From positions 289 to 64,288 of the forward strand of contig CAMVAF010000004.1 of assembly GCA_947165365.1 (NCBI GenBank): a stretch of DNA of 64,000 nt, given 5' to 3'. Position numbers and translations under genes: made by a program. Origin of the DNA: an uncultured Clostridia bacterium. Lineage in GTDB: Bacteria > Bacillota_I > Bacilli_A > RF39 > UBA660. Positions 28,179 through 41,014 of the stretch are shown in pieces. Every line of letters starts with the position of its first letter. Positions within the stretch are counted from its first letter, which is position 1. A model generated the notes under the pieces. The model did no database searches. It had not been told where the DNA came from and was given only the letters and a program-made list of their open reading frames with translations.

Positions 28179-30776
28179 TTATTCAATAATATATGGATTA
28201 GTTGGAGTTCCATCACCTTGCATAATAGTAACGTCAGCATTTAAATTGATGACAGGGCGTAGACGCCAACTACCATTAGCATTTGCTTCTTTAAGTTGTC
28301 CTTTATTTGTTATGCCAAATATTTCAGCATTCATTCCTGTACTATAATAATGTAATGGAGTCATCGAGTAATAATATTCACCACTTTTTAAATAAAATTT
28401 TTCGTTATTACTTCCGAATCTACCTCCAGCTAAGGCTACCTCATCTGCGGTTAATAGTCCTATTGGATATGTTAACATACCATTAGTATTTTGCGTTTCA
28501 TTTACTGTGAAAGAATCATTTTTACTGATGCAAGAAAGACTCGCATATCTATTTGTAGCATCCCTTAGTCTTGCTTGTCCAGCATAATAAGTATGCGCTG
28601 ACAATAAATACCCTGAATTATAGTTACCTTCTACTATAGTACTACGATCATTACAAAAAACTTCATCAGCAAGATACGTTGTCACATTTTTACCATTATT
28701 TAATTTGGTACTGAATGATTTTACATACCAATCATCCAATAACTTCTTGGCATTACTATCTTTGCCATTCGTTTGCGCAAGTTCCTTACTCTCTGGAGAC
28801 ATTGTTATATAATTTGCATTACCAGCAGTTGATGTATTAATACTATTAACATGAAATAAACCTGTACATGTCCCATCACTAGATGTACTTTTACATGTAT
28901 ATGGTGTTAATGACAATTGTAACACTTCTTCTCCACTAGTATTTGTTCCTTTAGCTGTTTTCATATCATCAGTAGTTAGTGAAATTAATGGATAATTCGA
29001 TGATTTTAATTTAAATCTAGTTATACCATTTGCATCCACATCATATGAATAATCATCTCCCCAATAATATTTAGTATTCTTATTAAATTGAGAATAATAA
29101 GTACTATCAGAAGTTGTAGGAATTGTACTTTCATTATACATATATCCAACGTAAGTAGGACCATTATTTAAGAGATTAAATCCATTTCCCATTGATTGAT
29201 TTAATATTATCCGAATAGTACCATCATCATTTATTCTAACAACTTTCCAATCATATCCGCCAAATTTAACGTTATTATTATTAACATTCCCCCTAAAAAT
29301 ATAACTGTATTTATTAGTATTCTCACCTTCTCCAACTTGATATAACCCTACTTCGCTTTCAATAGAACTCAACTCATAGGATTGAATTATATAGGCATCT
29401 ACTGAATTAGTGTCTAAATGAACACTTGCAATTTTATAAATAGTATTACAGGAAGTCGTATATTCACCACACGTATAATAATTTATATAATTTTCTGATA
29501 AATTATAGTCAAAAGTATAATTACTCATTTTAAAATATCCTGTTTTTGAATCAAAAACTAAATTATCAAGAAATGTCCACATCTTGCTATTTGATATAGA
29601 TATAGCATTTTCAGTTACTTCTGAATCTATTGTATAATCATAGGTTATTGACGGAGCTGTATTGTTAACATCAGGCTCTCCCTTAGAAGCAATATACGTT
29701 TTGGCATCATTTACACTTTTAGATAAATTTTCTGTTACCAATATACAATCACTTAATTTAGCAAAGCCATTATTGAGACAATAATTATTTCCTATCACGC
29801 TTACTTTTTTTACAAATTCCTGTACAAACTCTCCATTTTTTCTAACTACAAAGTTTAAATTAGTTTCTACATTAGAATCATTTTTGCTTTCCAAGAATAC
29901 TTTTACATTGTATTTTCTATTTACTAGATAATTATACGTTAATACTATTGTTTCACTTGTACTTGACACATCTCCTCCATCTGTATATGAAAATAACAAC
30001 TTATTTTCCGGATTTGTTATTGTTACTTCAACAACGTCTTGACTATCAAGAGACTTTCCCTCATCTTCTAGTAAATAATCATTCGTTATGGATCCTAAAA
30101 AATAACTCTTTCCATTTTCAACAAATGTATCACTTGTTTTTATTGATAAAGGCAAACTTTTTTCTTTCATGTCTCCTTGCACTGCTATTTTAATACTTGC
30201 ATAATGATTTTTAAAATCAGTTGAAGTTCCCATGTGTGCTGTATAATCAGCATTTGGATCACTATCACTTATTAATACTTTATCTGATACCCACATTCTT
30301 AATTTATATGTTCTTTCTATATTTTCATTTGTTCCATGTAGTACAGTATCTACCCATATTCTTCTTCCATCAACACTAGGAAAACTTACTGCATCTAATA
30401 AATAAGTTTCTTCACCATTTTCTCCTACTTCAATTAAATCAAAAACTAAATGTTCTGGATTTAATCTTACATAAGGAGATTCCATATCATCACCATTTTT
30501 TAACATTATTTCATAATGAATATTATCACTAGATGATGTATTCTTTCCACTTACAGAAAATGTCATTAAATTATCATCTCTTGCTCGTGCTTCTTCAACA
30601 GATAGTGGGTAAACATTTCTTAAAGAAAAAGCATCTGTTTTATCTTTCAAAACCAAATAAAGACTACCTGTTATAATTCGTTGAGTTTCACCAACTCTAA
30701 CATAGTTAAACCAAGCATAACTTATTCCTAATAAGAAAACTAAAACAATTAATATTGATATAATTATTTTTTTCAT
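28179..30776 (-). CDS. large secreted protein: SipW-type leader + TasA-like N-module + DUF6273-like C-terminal module (865 aa)
   Basis: GGGAG RBS lies 9 nt before the ATG at 30776. Leader MKKIIISILIVLVFLLGISYA/WFNYVRVGETQRIITGSLYL. TYKLRMWVSDKVLISD. C-terminus GYDWKVVRINDDGTIRIIL...WRLRPVINLNADVTIMQGDGTPTNPYIIE. Confidence 0.7.
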   Translation of the reverse strand: MKKIIISILIVLVFLLGISYAWFNYVRVGETQRIITGSLYLVLKDKTDAFSLRNVYPLSVEEARARDDNLMTFSVSGKNTSSSDNIHYEIMLKNGDDMESPYVRLNPEHLVFDLIEVGENGEETYLLDAVSFPSVDGRRIWVDTVLHGTNENIERTYKLRMWVSDKVLISDSDPNADYTAHMGTSTDFKNHYASIKIAVQGDMKEKSLPLSIKTSDTFVENGKSYFLGSITNDYLLEDEGKSLDSQDVVEVTITNPENKLLFSYTDGGDVSSTSETIVLTYNYLVNRKYNVKVFLESKNDSNVETNLNFVVRKNGEFVQEFVKKVSVIGNNYCLNNGFAKLSDCILVTENLSKSVNDAKTYIASKGEPDVNNTAPSITYDYTIDSEVTENAISISNSKMWTFLDNLVFDSKTGYFKMSNYTFDYNLSENYINYYTCGEYTTSCNTIYKIASVHLDTNSVDAYIIQSYELSSIESEVGLYQVGEGENTNKYSYIFRGNVNNNNVKFGGYDWKVVRINDDGTIRIILNQSMGNGFNLLNNGPTYVGYMYNESTIPTTSDSTYYSQFNKNTKYYWGDDYSYDVDANGITRFKLKSSNYPLISLTTDDMKTAKGTNTSGEEVLQLSLTPYTCKSTSSDGTCTGLFHVNSINTSTAGNANYITMSPESKELAQTNGKDSNAKKLLDDWYVKSFSTKLNNGKNVTTYLADEVFCNDRSTIVEGNYNSGYLLSAHTYYAGQARLRDATNRYASLSCISKNDSFTVNETQNTNGMLTYPIGLLTADEVALAGGRFGSNNEKFYLKSGEYYYSMTPLHYYSTGMNAEIFGITNKGQLKEANANGSWRLRPVINLNADVTIMQGDGTPTNPYIIE

Positions 30777-30991
30777 ATACATATACTCCCTAATTATTTT
30801 TTTACCTAAAATGTAATTTATTAAATATAAATGTCTTATCATTGAAATGTAATAATAGTTCCATATTTTTAATATTCTTATTATTTCATTACAAACACAT
30901 ACTATTTTAACATATTCATTTTTATTTGTGTAATATTGCCTAACATATTTTTGATTTTATTTTTCTTACAATAAATGTTAGGTGGTACTTA

Positions 30992-31240
30992 ATGAAAAAA
31001 TTAAAAACTAAAGAGTTGCAATTTGATAATAACATTTACAATACTATTCGTAAAAACATCAAACTGTATCGCAAAGAAAAAGGTATTACATCAGCACATC
31101 TTGCTGAAATGGTAGATTTATCTCATGATTTTATAAGACAAATAGAAAGTGAGAAAAGTGCTTATAACTTTTCTGTTGATACCTTTTATAGAATATCAGT
31201 TGCATTAGATGTAACTCTTGATATGCTTATACAAAAATAA
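30992..31240 (+). CDS. XRE-family HTH regulator (82 aa)
   Basis: IRKNIKLYRKEKGITSAHLAEMVDLSHDFIRQIESEKS. It is divergent from the 865-aa gene. Confidence 0.75.
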   Translation: MKKLKTKELQFDNNIYNTIRKNIKLYRKEKGITSAHLAEMVDLSHDFIRQIESEKSAYNFSVDTFYRISVALDVTLDMLIQK

Positions 31241-31449
31241 GCATATTTTTTTATTCTCTCATACTTAGTATTTACATTACAAAATCTATTATTCTCTAAA
31301 GTAAAACATAATATCATCCATTTATATAACTGCTATAATATAACTAACATACTTTGCAATCATAAACATTATATCACACTTTTGTCGTATTTACTCATAT
31401 ATTTTTATTAAATTTATAATAAATGTAAAAATTAATTTGGTGAGAATAT

Positions 31450-31749
31450 ATGGATTTTAGCAGATTATCATCAATAAGAGAAGATAATGACTTAAAACAA
31501 AGTGATATGGCAAGAATATTAAATGTAGAACAATCAAATATTTCAAGATGGGAAAATAACAAAGAAATAATACCATTGGATAAATTAAATATGTATGCAA
31601 ATTATTTTAACGTTAGTCTAGATTATTTAACTAAATTATCGAATAATAAAAAAAATTCTCCAAACGTTTTGACCATTTGGGAAACAAGTTCAGGCTACGT
31701 GCATAAGCGCGTCCATTTTTTAGAATTTAGAGGTAATTCATTGCCATAA
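31450..31749 (+). CDS. XRE-family HTH regulator with its 3' end replaced by IS200 left-end sequence
   Basis: HTH LKQSDMARILNVEQSNISRWENNKEIIPLDKLNMYANYFNVSLDYLTKLSNNKK. From ~31657 the ORF reads through GC-richer IS-end DNA (SPNVLTIWETSSGYVHKRVHF...). Confidence 0.6.
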   Translation: MDFSRLSSIREDNDLKQSDMARILNVEQSNISRWENNKEIIPLDKLNMYANYFNVSLDYLTKLSNNKKNSPNVLTIWETSSGYVHKRVHFLEFRGNSLP

Positions 31750-31925
31750 GTTTTTAATTGTTGTATAATAAACAACCAAAGAGAGGCGAGGCAATGAAAA
31801 AGGCATCCCATGTACAATATGATATAGAATATCATATTGTATGGACAACAAAATACAGATATAGGGTTTTAGATGGAAGAATAGCAGAAAGAATATGTTA
31901 CTCCTATAACTCCTATTATCATTAA
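31657..31925 (+). mobile_element. IS200/IS605-family left end plus truncated tnpA
   Basis: GC-richer structured DNA. The stem TCATTGCC(31738-31745)/GGCAATGA(31790-31797) occludes the tnpA ATG, as in IS200. The TnpA N-terminus follows. Confidence 0.6.
31794..31925 (+). pseudogene. tnpA: IS200-type Y1 transposase TnpA, N-terminal ~33 codons only
   Basis: MKKASHVQYDIEYHIVWTTKYRYRVLDGRIAER matches the YHIVW..KYR..VL signature. Homology ends near 31892, and the frame then runs into unrelated sequence and TAA at 31923-31925. Confidence 0.7.
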
Positions 31926-31970
31926 TACACCTATAATTATTGGCATTATTATTTTCTTCTTGTTATTCAT
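31897..31970 (-). pseudogene. orphan 5' fragment encoding a SipW-type leader
   Basis: ATG at 31970-31968. MNNKKKIIMPIIIGVLMIIGVIGVTYSF resembles KKKVFLMILGVVILIGMVSGLTYAFF of the 428-aa protein. It abuts the broken tnpA near 31893-31897. Confidence 0.4.
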
Positions 31971-32011
31971 CTTTATCACTACTTTCTATTTTTTTATAAT
32001 TTAATGATAGC

Positions 32012-32039
32012 AAAAAAGTACTCTTATTTCAAGTACTTT
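32012..32039 (-). terminator. terminator after the DUF2974 gene
   Basis: AAAGTACT / AGTACTTT stem with a 9-nt loop and T6 on the minus strand. Confidence 0.55.
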
Positions 32040-32109
32040 GCAAATTATTTTATATAAATAATAATATAATTATAACTTTTTGTTATAAAGAACATTTTCG
32101 TAACATATG

Positions 32110-33165
32110 TTATTTATGATGTTCTTTTAAAGAAAGATTTTTTAAATTAATTTCTTTGGGTTTCTTTATTTTAGGTAACATTGCTTTAATCAATATTTTA
32201 AAGAAATTTGTTAATTCATTCTTTTCTTCAATAGTTAATTTAGGTGAATTATCTAGTAATAATTTAATCTTTTTGATATTTAATTCTTTAATATTAGATA
32301 TCTCCCCTTTTAACATAAGGGAATATATATAATCAATAATAATCTTTTTTCTTGAACTTGGAATAGTTTCTAGGATATGATCACAAACACTTTTAAAATC
32401 ATTACTTATTTTCTTTAATTTACCTATTTTTAATGTATTACCATTAATTATCCAATTATAAACATTATGAGCTTCTATTCCCTCTTTAATGGTTTTAACA
32501 GCATAAATAGTATTGTCATTATACATCATTCTACCTACAATACTAGATTCTGGAAAATAATTAATTATTTTATCTTTGATATTATAAAATTTCCTATCTA
32601 ATTTTAAGAATCCTGGTCCATCAAAATTATATATTTTTTTAATATGTTTTTGATGTTTTCTATCAGAGTATATACCAGAATACATAGCAAGATTACCACC
32701 TTTAGAATGACCAGCAATGTAGATATTTTTATATACTTTTTCACTATTTAAATAATCTTTACTAGATATTTGCGATGGTATTGTTCCATAACACATATTC
32801 ATATCTTCTTTAAAACCAATGATATTCTTATTAGTTCCTCTAAAAGCTATAAATATCGTATTACTATTTATTTTAATAGTTATTCCGGTAAACTGTTCTT
32901 CCATATCTTTATCTAGAATATCTTCACATCTTTCGATTTCTAAATCTTTAAATCTTTGATTATTTCCTATTAAATTGAGTAATTCTAAATCTTTTTTATT
33001 AGTTTTTAAATCTTTTATTTTAGATAAATCATTTATTGATATTGGAAGTTTATCTTTAATATTTTCTATATGAATATAAGAAAGTCTTGAAAAGATCATA
33101 GCATCTAATTCATTTATTTCTTTTATTTCATTATTATTATTTTTTATATAATCATATATATTCAT
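32110..33165 (-). CDS. alpha/beta-hydrolase, Mbeg1-like/DUF2974 (lipase class-3-like) (351 aa)
   Basis: IFIAFRGTNKNIIGFKEDMNM and the nucleophile elbow IYIAGHSKGGNLAMYSG. Confidence 0.6.
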   Translation of the reverse strand: MNIYDYIKNNNNEIKEINELDAMIFSRLSYIHIENIKDKLPISINDLSKIKDLKTNKKDLELLNLIGNNQRFKDLEIERCEDILDKDMEEQFTGITIKINSNTIFIAFRGTNKNIIGFKEDMNMCYGTIPSQISSKDYLNSEKVYKNIYIAGHSKGGNLAMYSGIYSDRKHQKHIKKIYNFDGPGFLKLDRKFYNIKDKIINYFPESSIVGRMMYNDNTIYAVKTIKEGIEAHNVYNWIINGNTLKIGKLKKISNDFKSVCDHILETIPSSRKKIIIDYIYSLMLKGEISNIKELNIKKIKLLLDNSPKLTIEEKNELTNFFKILIKAMLPKIKKPKEINLKNLSLKEHHK

Positions 33166-34151
33166 TATCTCACCTTCTTATATTCTTTAATATAATATTC
33201 TTCATTTTCAATTATTGTATCTTCTTTATAACTCTTACCACGACCAGTAAATACTTTATATTCTCCTGTTGTATATACATTTCCATTAATAAGAGATAAT
33301 TGTTCTACAATCATATTATTAATATTACCTTTTAGGAATTGTAATTTTAATTTAATCATTCCAGGAAAACTACTTTTATTAAAATTTAAATTAGAAAGTG
33401 ATGGTAAATTAATAATATAATTAACACCATCTAATCTAAATTTAACTTCATGTCCATGACCTTTCATAATTATTTTATTTTTATAATTATCATGAGGTAC
33501 TTTTCTTTCACTTATATAGTGTTCTAATAATAATTCATCATTTTTTATTTTAATATTACTTCTACCATAACCTAAAGGCATAATATCAAATCTTTTATTT
33601 TTTATAAAAGTTCTTATATCTTGTCCAAAATTACTTAGTAAACTATAATCATGATTACCTAGTAAAAGAAAAGTTACAATATCATTAATTTGAGGGTATT
33701 CCATAATAGCGTGATGTATTTGTTCATCCCAGGGAATATTAATATTTGAAAGATTTACTATCCCTTCTATAAAATCACCACAATTAATAATTATATGAAG
33801 ATTATTTTTTAAACAATAATCAATCATACTATTTAATAAATATCTATTTTCATAATTAGATCCAAAATGAATATCAGAAGTTACTAATAGTTCTATTTCA
33901 TTTTCATTAGGTTCAGTAATAATCGTATTTTTATATTGATTATTTAATTTTGCAGTTTTATTTAAAATATAACGAATCTCACCATTTGCATAAACTTTTT
34001 CTGTGATATTAAACCCATCCATTCGAAGTAGATTAATAGTTTTGTATACTTTATTATAATCTATATCTAATAATTTACTTATTAATGATAAAGGCATCTC
34101 TTTATTTATAAGAGATAATACAACCATTTTTAATTCATTTTGATTATACAT
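33165..34151 (-). CDS. winged-HTH + calcineurin-like metallophosphoesterase fusion
   Basis: N-terminus LSLISKLLDIDYNKVYKTINLLRMDGF. MPE motifs LLVTSDIHFG, NCGDFIEG, LLGNHDY and GHGHE. GGTGA RBS before the ATG at 34151 (the track start is TTG at 34196). Its stop overlaps the DUF2974 start. Confidence 0.6.
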   Translation of the reverse strand: MYNQNELKMVVLSLINKEMPLSLISKLLDIDYNKVYKTINLLRMDGFNITEKVYANGEIRYILNKTAKLNNQYKNTIITEPNENEIELLVTSDIHFGSNYENRYLLNSMIDYCLKNNLHIIINCGDFIEGIVNLSNINIPWDEQIHHAIMEYPQINDIVTFLLLGNHDYSLLSNFGQDIRTFIKNKRFDIMPLGYGRSNIKIKNDELLLEHYISERKVPHDNYKNKIIMKGHGHEVKFRLDGVNYIINLPSLSNLNFNKSSFPGMIKLKLQFLKGNINNMIVEQLSLINGNVYTTGEYKVFTGRGKSYKEDTIIENEEYYIKEYKKVR

Positions 34152-34211
34152 AAAATCACCAATTAATAACATACTATTTTTATTTAGTTTAGTCAAGAAA
34201 AAAGATTTAGA

Positions 34212-34721
34212 TTAACTAAATCCTTTTCTTAATAATTTAAATGTTGCCTTTTGTTTACCAAAAGCATTTGTTTCTTTTTCGCTTTTATATAGTAAATCAA
34301 AATATACTTTTTTCTTAAATCCTATAGCTCCTCCTCTATCAAGGACTATAGCCATAATATCATCTTTATTTTTTAAATTAGTTATTTTAATAATACTACC
34401 AAAGGGAAGTGATTTATCAGCTGCAACAATTCTAATTTTTCCATATTCTTTATCTTGATAATAGATATTATTTTTAACATTATACCCACTTGCTGTAATT
34501 CCAGAACATCCCCTGCAATCTGGACCATATCCTGTAATATTACCATGATATGTTGCTAAAACCATTTCTTCTTTTGGTTTTTCAGTATCTTTTTTAATAA
34601 CTTCATAATCATTTCTAAAGATATTAATTTCTTTACCAATCAAGGTGTTATTAACACCTTGTTCTTTAGAAAAGATTATTTTATTAATAAAAATTAATAA
34701 ATAAATAATTATTTTTACCAT
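34212..34721 (-). CDS. 3D-domain (RlpA-like double-psi beta-barrel) cell-wall protein
   Basis: N-terminal hydrophobic leader. ATYHGNITGYGPDCRGCSGITASGYNV...IRIVAADKSLPFGSIIKI...AIVLDRGGAI. Confidence 0.7.
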   Translation of the reverse strand: MVKIIIYLLIFINKIIFSKEQGVNNTLIGKEINIFRNDYEVIKKDTEKPKEEMVLATYHGNITGYGPDCRGCSGITASGYNVKNNIYYQDKEYGKIRIVAADKSLPFGSIIKITNLKNKDDIMAIVLDRGGAIGFKKKVYFDLLYKSEKETNAFGKQKATFKLLRKGFS

Positions 34722-34861
34722 TATTCCCCCATGAATTAAGTATAACATATTTTTAAATATTTTTTATTTCCAAATATTGGAATAATATATTATATGAATT
34801 TTATCTTTAAATATTAAAAAAATGACCCACTTTTAAGAATTTCAGTGACCCATTTTTAAAG

Positions 34862-38214
<3,353 letters not shown>

Positions 38215-38324
38215 TTTATCATTTCCTTTCAATATTATTTTATCAAATTATCACTGAAAAGTATATATTTTAATTTTCATTTTTATAATTCAATACTATG
38301 ATTATAAAATAATAGTAATTAATC

Positions 38325-40430
38325 TTATTCAGTAATTTTATGAATACTTGGATGATTTTTCATAAGAGTCTTAATTCCATAAGGCATTTTAAATGCTATT
38401 TTCATCACTGATTTTTCGATAGTAATAATTTTACCAGCACCAAAATTATCATGATAAATAAATTCTCCTTCAGAAAACTCTTTATCACTATTATCACTAG
38501 CAAATACTTTCTTTACTTTATTTTGATTATTAATAAAACTATTTTCTTCTTTATTTTCGATATCTAATGTTTCTTCATCAATTTCATTAATAAATCGGCT
38601 TACAGGATATGTTATATCCTTTCCATAAAGAACACGCCCTCTTGCATTAGTAATATATAATTTTTCCTTAGCTCTTGTAATTGCCACATAACAAAGTCTT
38701 CTTTCTTCTTCTATTTCACTATTAGATTCAAGTGATATGGCATGCGGAAATAATCCTTCTTCCATACCAGTTAAAAAGACATAATCAAATTCAAGTCCTT
38801 TTACAGCATGTACTGTCATTAAACTTACTCTATTACTAGAATCAGTTACTTCAGTATTATCACTAATAAGACTTACTTCATATAAGAAATCAGGAAGTGA
38901 TATAAGGCCATATTTATCTTCAAAAGCTTTACTAATTGATTTAAACTCTTCTAAGTTTTCTAATCTTGTTTCAGCTTCAACTGAATTTTCTTTTAATAAT
39001 TCTTCACGTAATCCTGATTTATCCAAAACTTCTTCAATTAGTTCCGTTAAAGACAAGTGATTAACTGCATCTTGTAAATCTAAAATAATATTTTTGAAAC
39101 TTAATGCCTTACCACTATCAATAGCATCAAATAAACTAATACCTAACTCATTACTTTTATATACTAAGTCATCAATAGTACGATTTCCAATCCCTCTTTT
39201 GGGCGTATTAATAGCTCGAAGTAAACTAATTGCATCTCTTGGATTATTAATAACCTTTAAATAGGCCATCAAATCTTTTATTTCTCGTCTTGCATAGAAA
39301 TTAACAGCGCCAATAATACGATATGGAATATTTTTCTTTAATAATTCATCTTCAAATACACGTGATTGAGCATTTGTTCGATAAAGAATTACAATATCAT
39401 CCAAAGATACATTTTTCTTTTCTAGTTCCAATATTTTATCTGTTACATAATTTACTTCATCTTTACCATTACGAGCTCGGTAATATGTTACTTTTTCTCC
39501 ATCACCTTTAATGGATTCTAATTCTTTTTCTTTTCTTTCAATATTATGTTTTATAACAGAATTAGCGGCATTTAAAATATTTTTAGTACTACGATAATTT
39601 GTTTTTAAAATAATTGTTTTACATAAAGGATAATCTTTTTCAAAATTTAAAATATTTTTAAAATTAGCTCCACGAAAACCATATATGGCTTGATCTGAAT
39701 CACCTACAACACATATATTTTGATATTTTTTAGCAAGCATCTTGGTAAAAATATACTGTGCTTCATTAGTATCTTGGTATTCATCAATTAAAATATATTT
39801 ATATAAATCTTGATATTTCTTTAAAAGATCTTTGTTCTCTTTAAATAACTTTATTGGTAATATTAACAAATCATCAAAATCAACAGCATTATTTTCTCTT
39901 AATTCTTTTTCATATTCTTTATATACAGGAATAACTAATTTATCAAAATCAGACATTGCATAACGATTATAACTATCAGCATCAATTAAGTCATTTTTTA
40001 AGCTACTTATCTTATTTCTAAAAGTTTTAGGAGAATATTTTTCAGTATCAATATTAAGTCTTTTTAATACTCTTTTAATCGCTGTTAAACTATCTTCCGT
40101 ATCAAAAATAGCAAAATTATTATCAAGTCCTAAGTATTCATTATTATATCTAATTAATTTTAATCCAAAAGAATGAAAAGTTGATATTTGCATATTTCCT
40201 GCTTCTCCACCAACTAATTTCGTAACTCTTTCTTTCATCTCCGCAGCCGCTTTATTTGTAAATGTTATTGCAAGAATATTTCTTGGATTAACACCTTTTT
40301 CTATTAAATAAGCAATACGACTTGTTAAAACCTTTGTTTTACCACTACCAGCACCCGCTAAAACTAATAATGGTCCATTTAAATATGTTACGGCATCTTT
40401 TTGTTCTTTATTTAATAAATCTAAATTCAT
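38325..40430 (-). CDS. pcrA: ATP-dependent DNA helicase PcrA (701 aa)
   Basis: LVLAGAGSGKTKVLTSRIAYLI, LIDEYQDTNEAQY and TVHAVKGLEFDYVFL. Confidence 0.92.
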   Translation of the reverse strand: MNLDLLNKEQKDAVTYLNGPLLVLAGAGSGKTKVLTSRIAYLIEKGVNPRNILAITFTNKAAAEMKERVTKLVGGEAGNMQISTFHSFGLKLIRYNNEYLGLDNNFAIFDTEDSLTAIKRVLKRLNIDTEKYSPKTFRNKISSLKNDLIDADSYNRYAMSDFDKLVIPVYKEYEKELRENNAVDFDDLLILPIKLFKENKDLLKKYQDLYKYILIDEYQDTNEAQYIFTKMLAKKYQNICVVGDSDQAIYGFRGANFKNILNFEKDYPLCKTIILKTNYRSTKNILNAANSVIKHNIERKEKELESIKGDGEKVTYYRARNGKDEVNYVTDKILELEKKNVSLDDIVILYRTNAQSRVFEDELLKKNIPYRIIGAVNFYARREIKDLMAYLKVINNPRDAISLLRAINTPKRGIGNRTIDDLVYKSNELGISLFDAIDSGKALSFKNIILDLQDAVNHLSLTELIEEVLDKSGLREELLKENSVEAETRLENLEEFKSISKAFEDKYGLISLPDFLYEVSLISDNTEVTDSSNRVSLMTVHAVKGLEFDYVFLTGMEEGLFPHAISLESNSEIEEERRLCYVAITRAKEKLYITNARGRVLYGKDITYPVSRFINEIDEETLDIENKEENSFINNQNKVKKVFASDNSDKEFSEGEFIYHDNFGAGKIITIEKSVMKIAFKMPYGIKTLMKNHPSIHKITE

Positions 40431-40722
40431 ATCACACCTCTATCTTTAATAATTATAAACTATCATCAAAATAAAAGAAATATTCTTGACAAAATTTTAT
40501 AAAATAATAAAAAAAATGCCAAACGAATAATTATCGCTACACGCACTAAATAGCATTATTCATTTGGACTTTTATATGTCAAGCAAATGTACTAGTCGCT
40601 CTTATTGAATACATTTACACTTGACCAGAAATAATTATATGTGCCTAAAAGACACAATTCGTATTATAATCTTTCCTACAATTTAATATTATCAAATTTT
40701 TTTATTAATTGCAAGTGTTTTT

Positions 40723-40986
40723 TTATTTTTTTATTATTTTTTCAATACCGCCTTCTAAACTATAGGTATGATATCCTCTTTTTTTTAAGATATTAGAGAC
40801 ATCCATACTTTGAATTCCTTTATCACAAACCAACAAGTATTCTTCATTTCTCTTTAGATATTCACTTGGATTACTTAATAAATTTATATAATCAATATTT
40901 CTACTTCCATTAAAGTGAAATCTTTGATATTTAATACTTGTTCGTAAATCAATAATATTTTCTTTTTTAAAATCATGTATTGTCAT
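40723..40986 (-). CDS. rhodanese-domain protein (87 aa)
   Basis: HFNGSRNIDY and the active-site-like loop LLVCDKGIQS. Confidence 0.6.
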   Translation of the reverse strand: MTIHDFKKENIIDLRTSIKYQRFHFNGSRNIDYINLLSNPSEYLKRNEEYLLVCDKGIQSMDVSNILKKRGYHTYSLEGGIEKIIKK

Positions 40987-41014
40987 ACTATATTATATAT
41001 ATAATATCTTTAAC

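Noticed and set aside
10680-31925. The TnpB stub (minus strand) and TnpA stub (plus strand) as the two halves of one IS605 split by a 21-kb inversion.
   Set aside because: Re-inverting the segment would join tnpA codon 33 to the last 37 codons of tnpB. It would leave the flanking TasA-like gene pieces convergent, so it restores neither an intact IS nor an intact gene. Two independent remnants are simpler.
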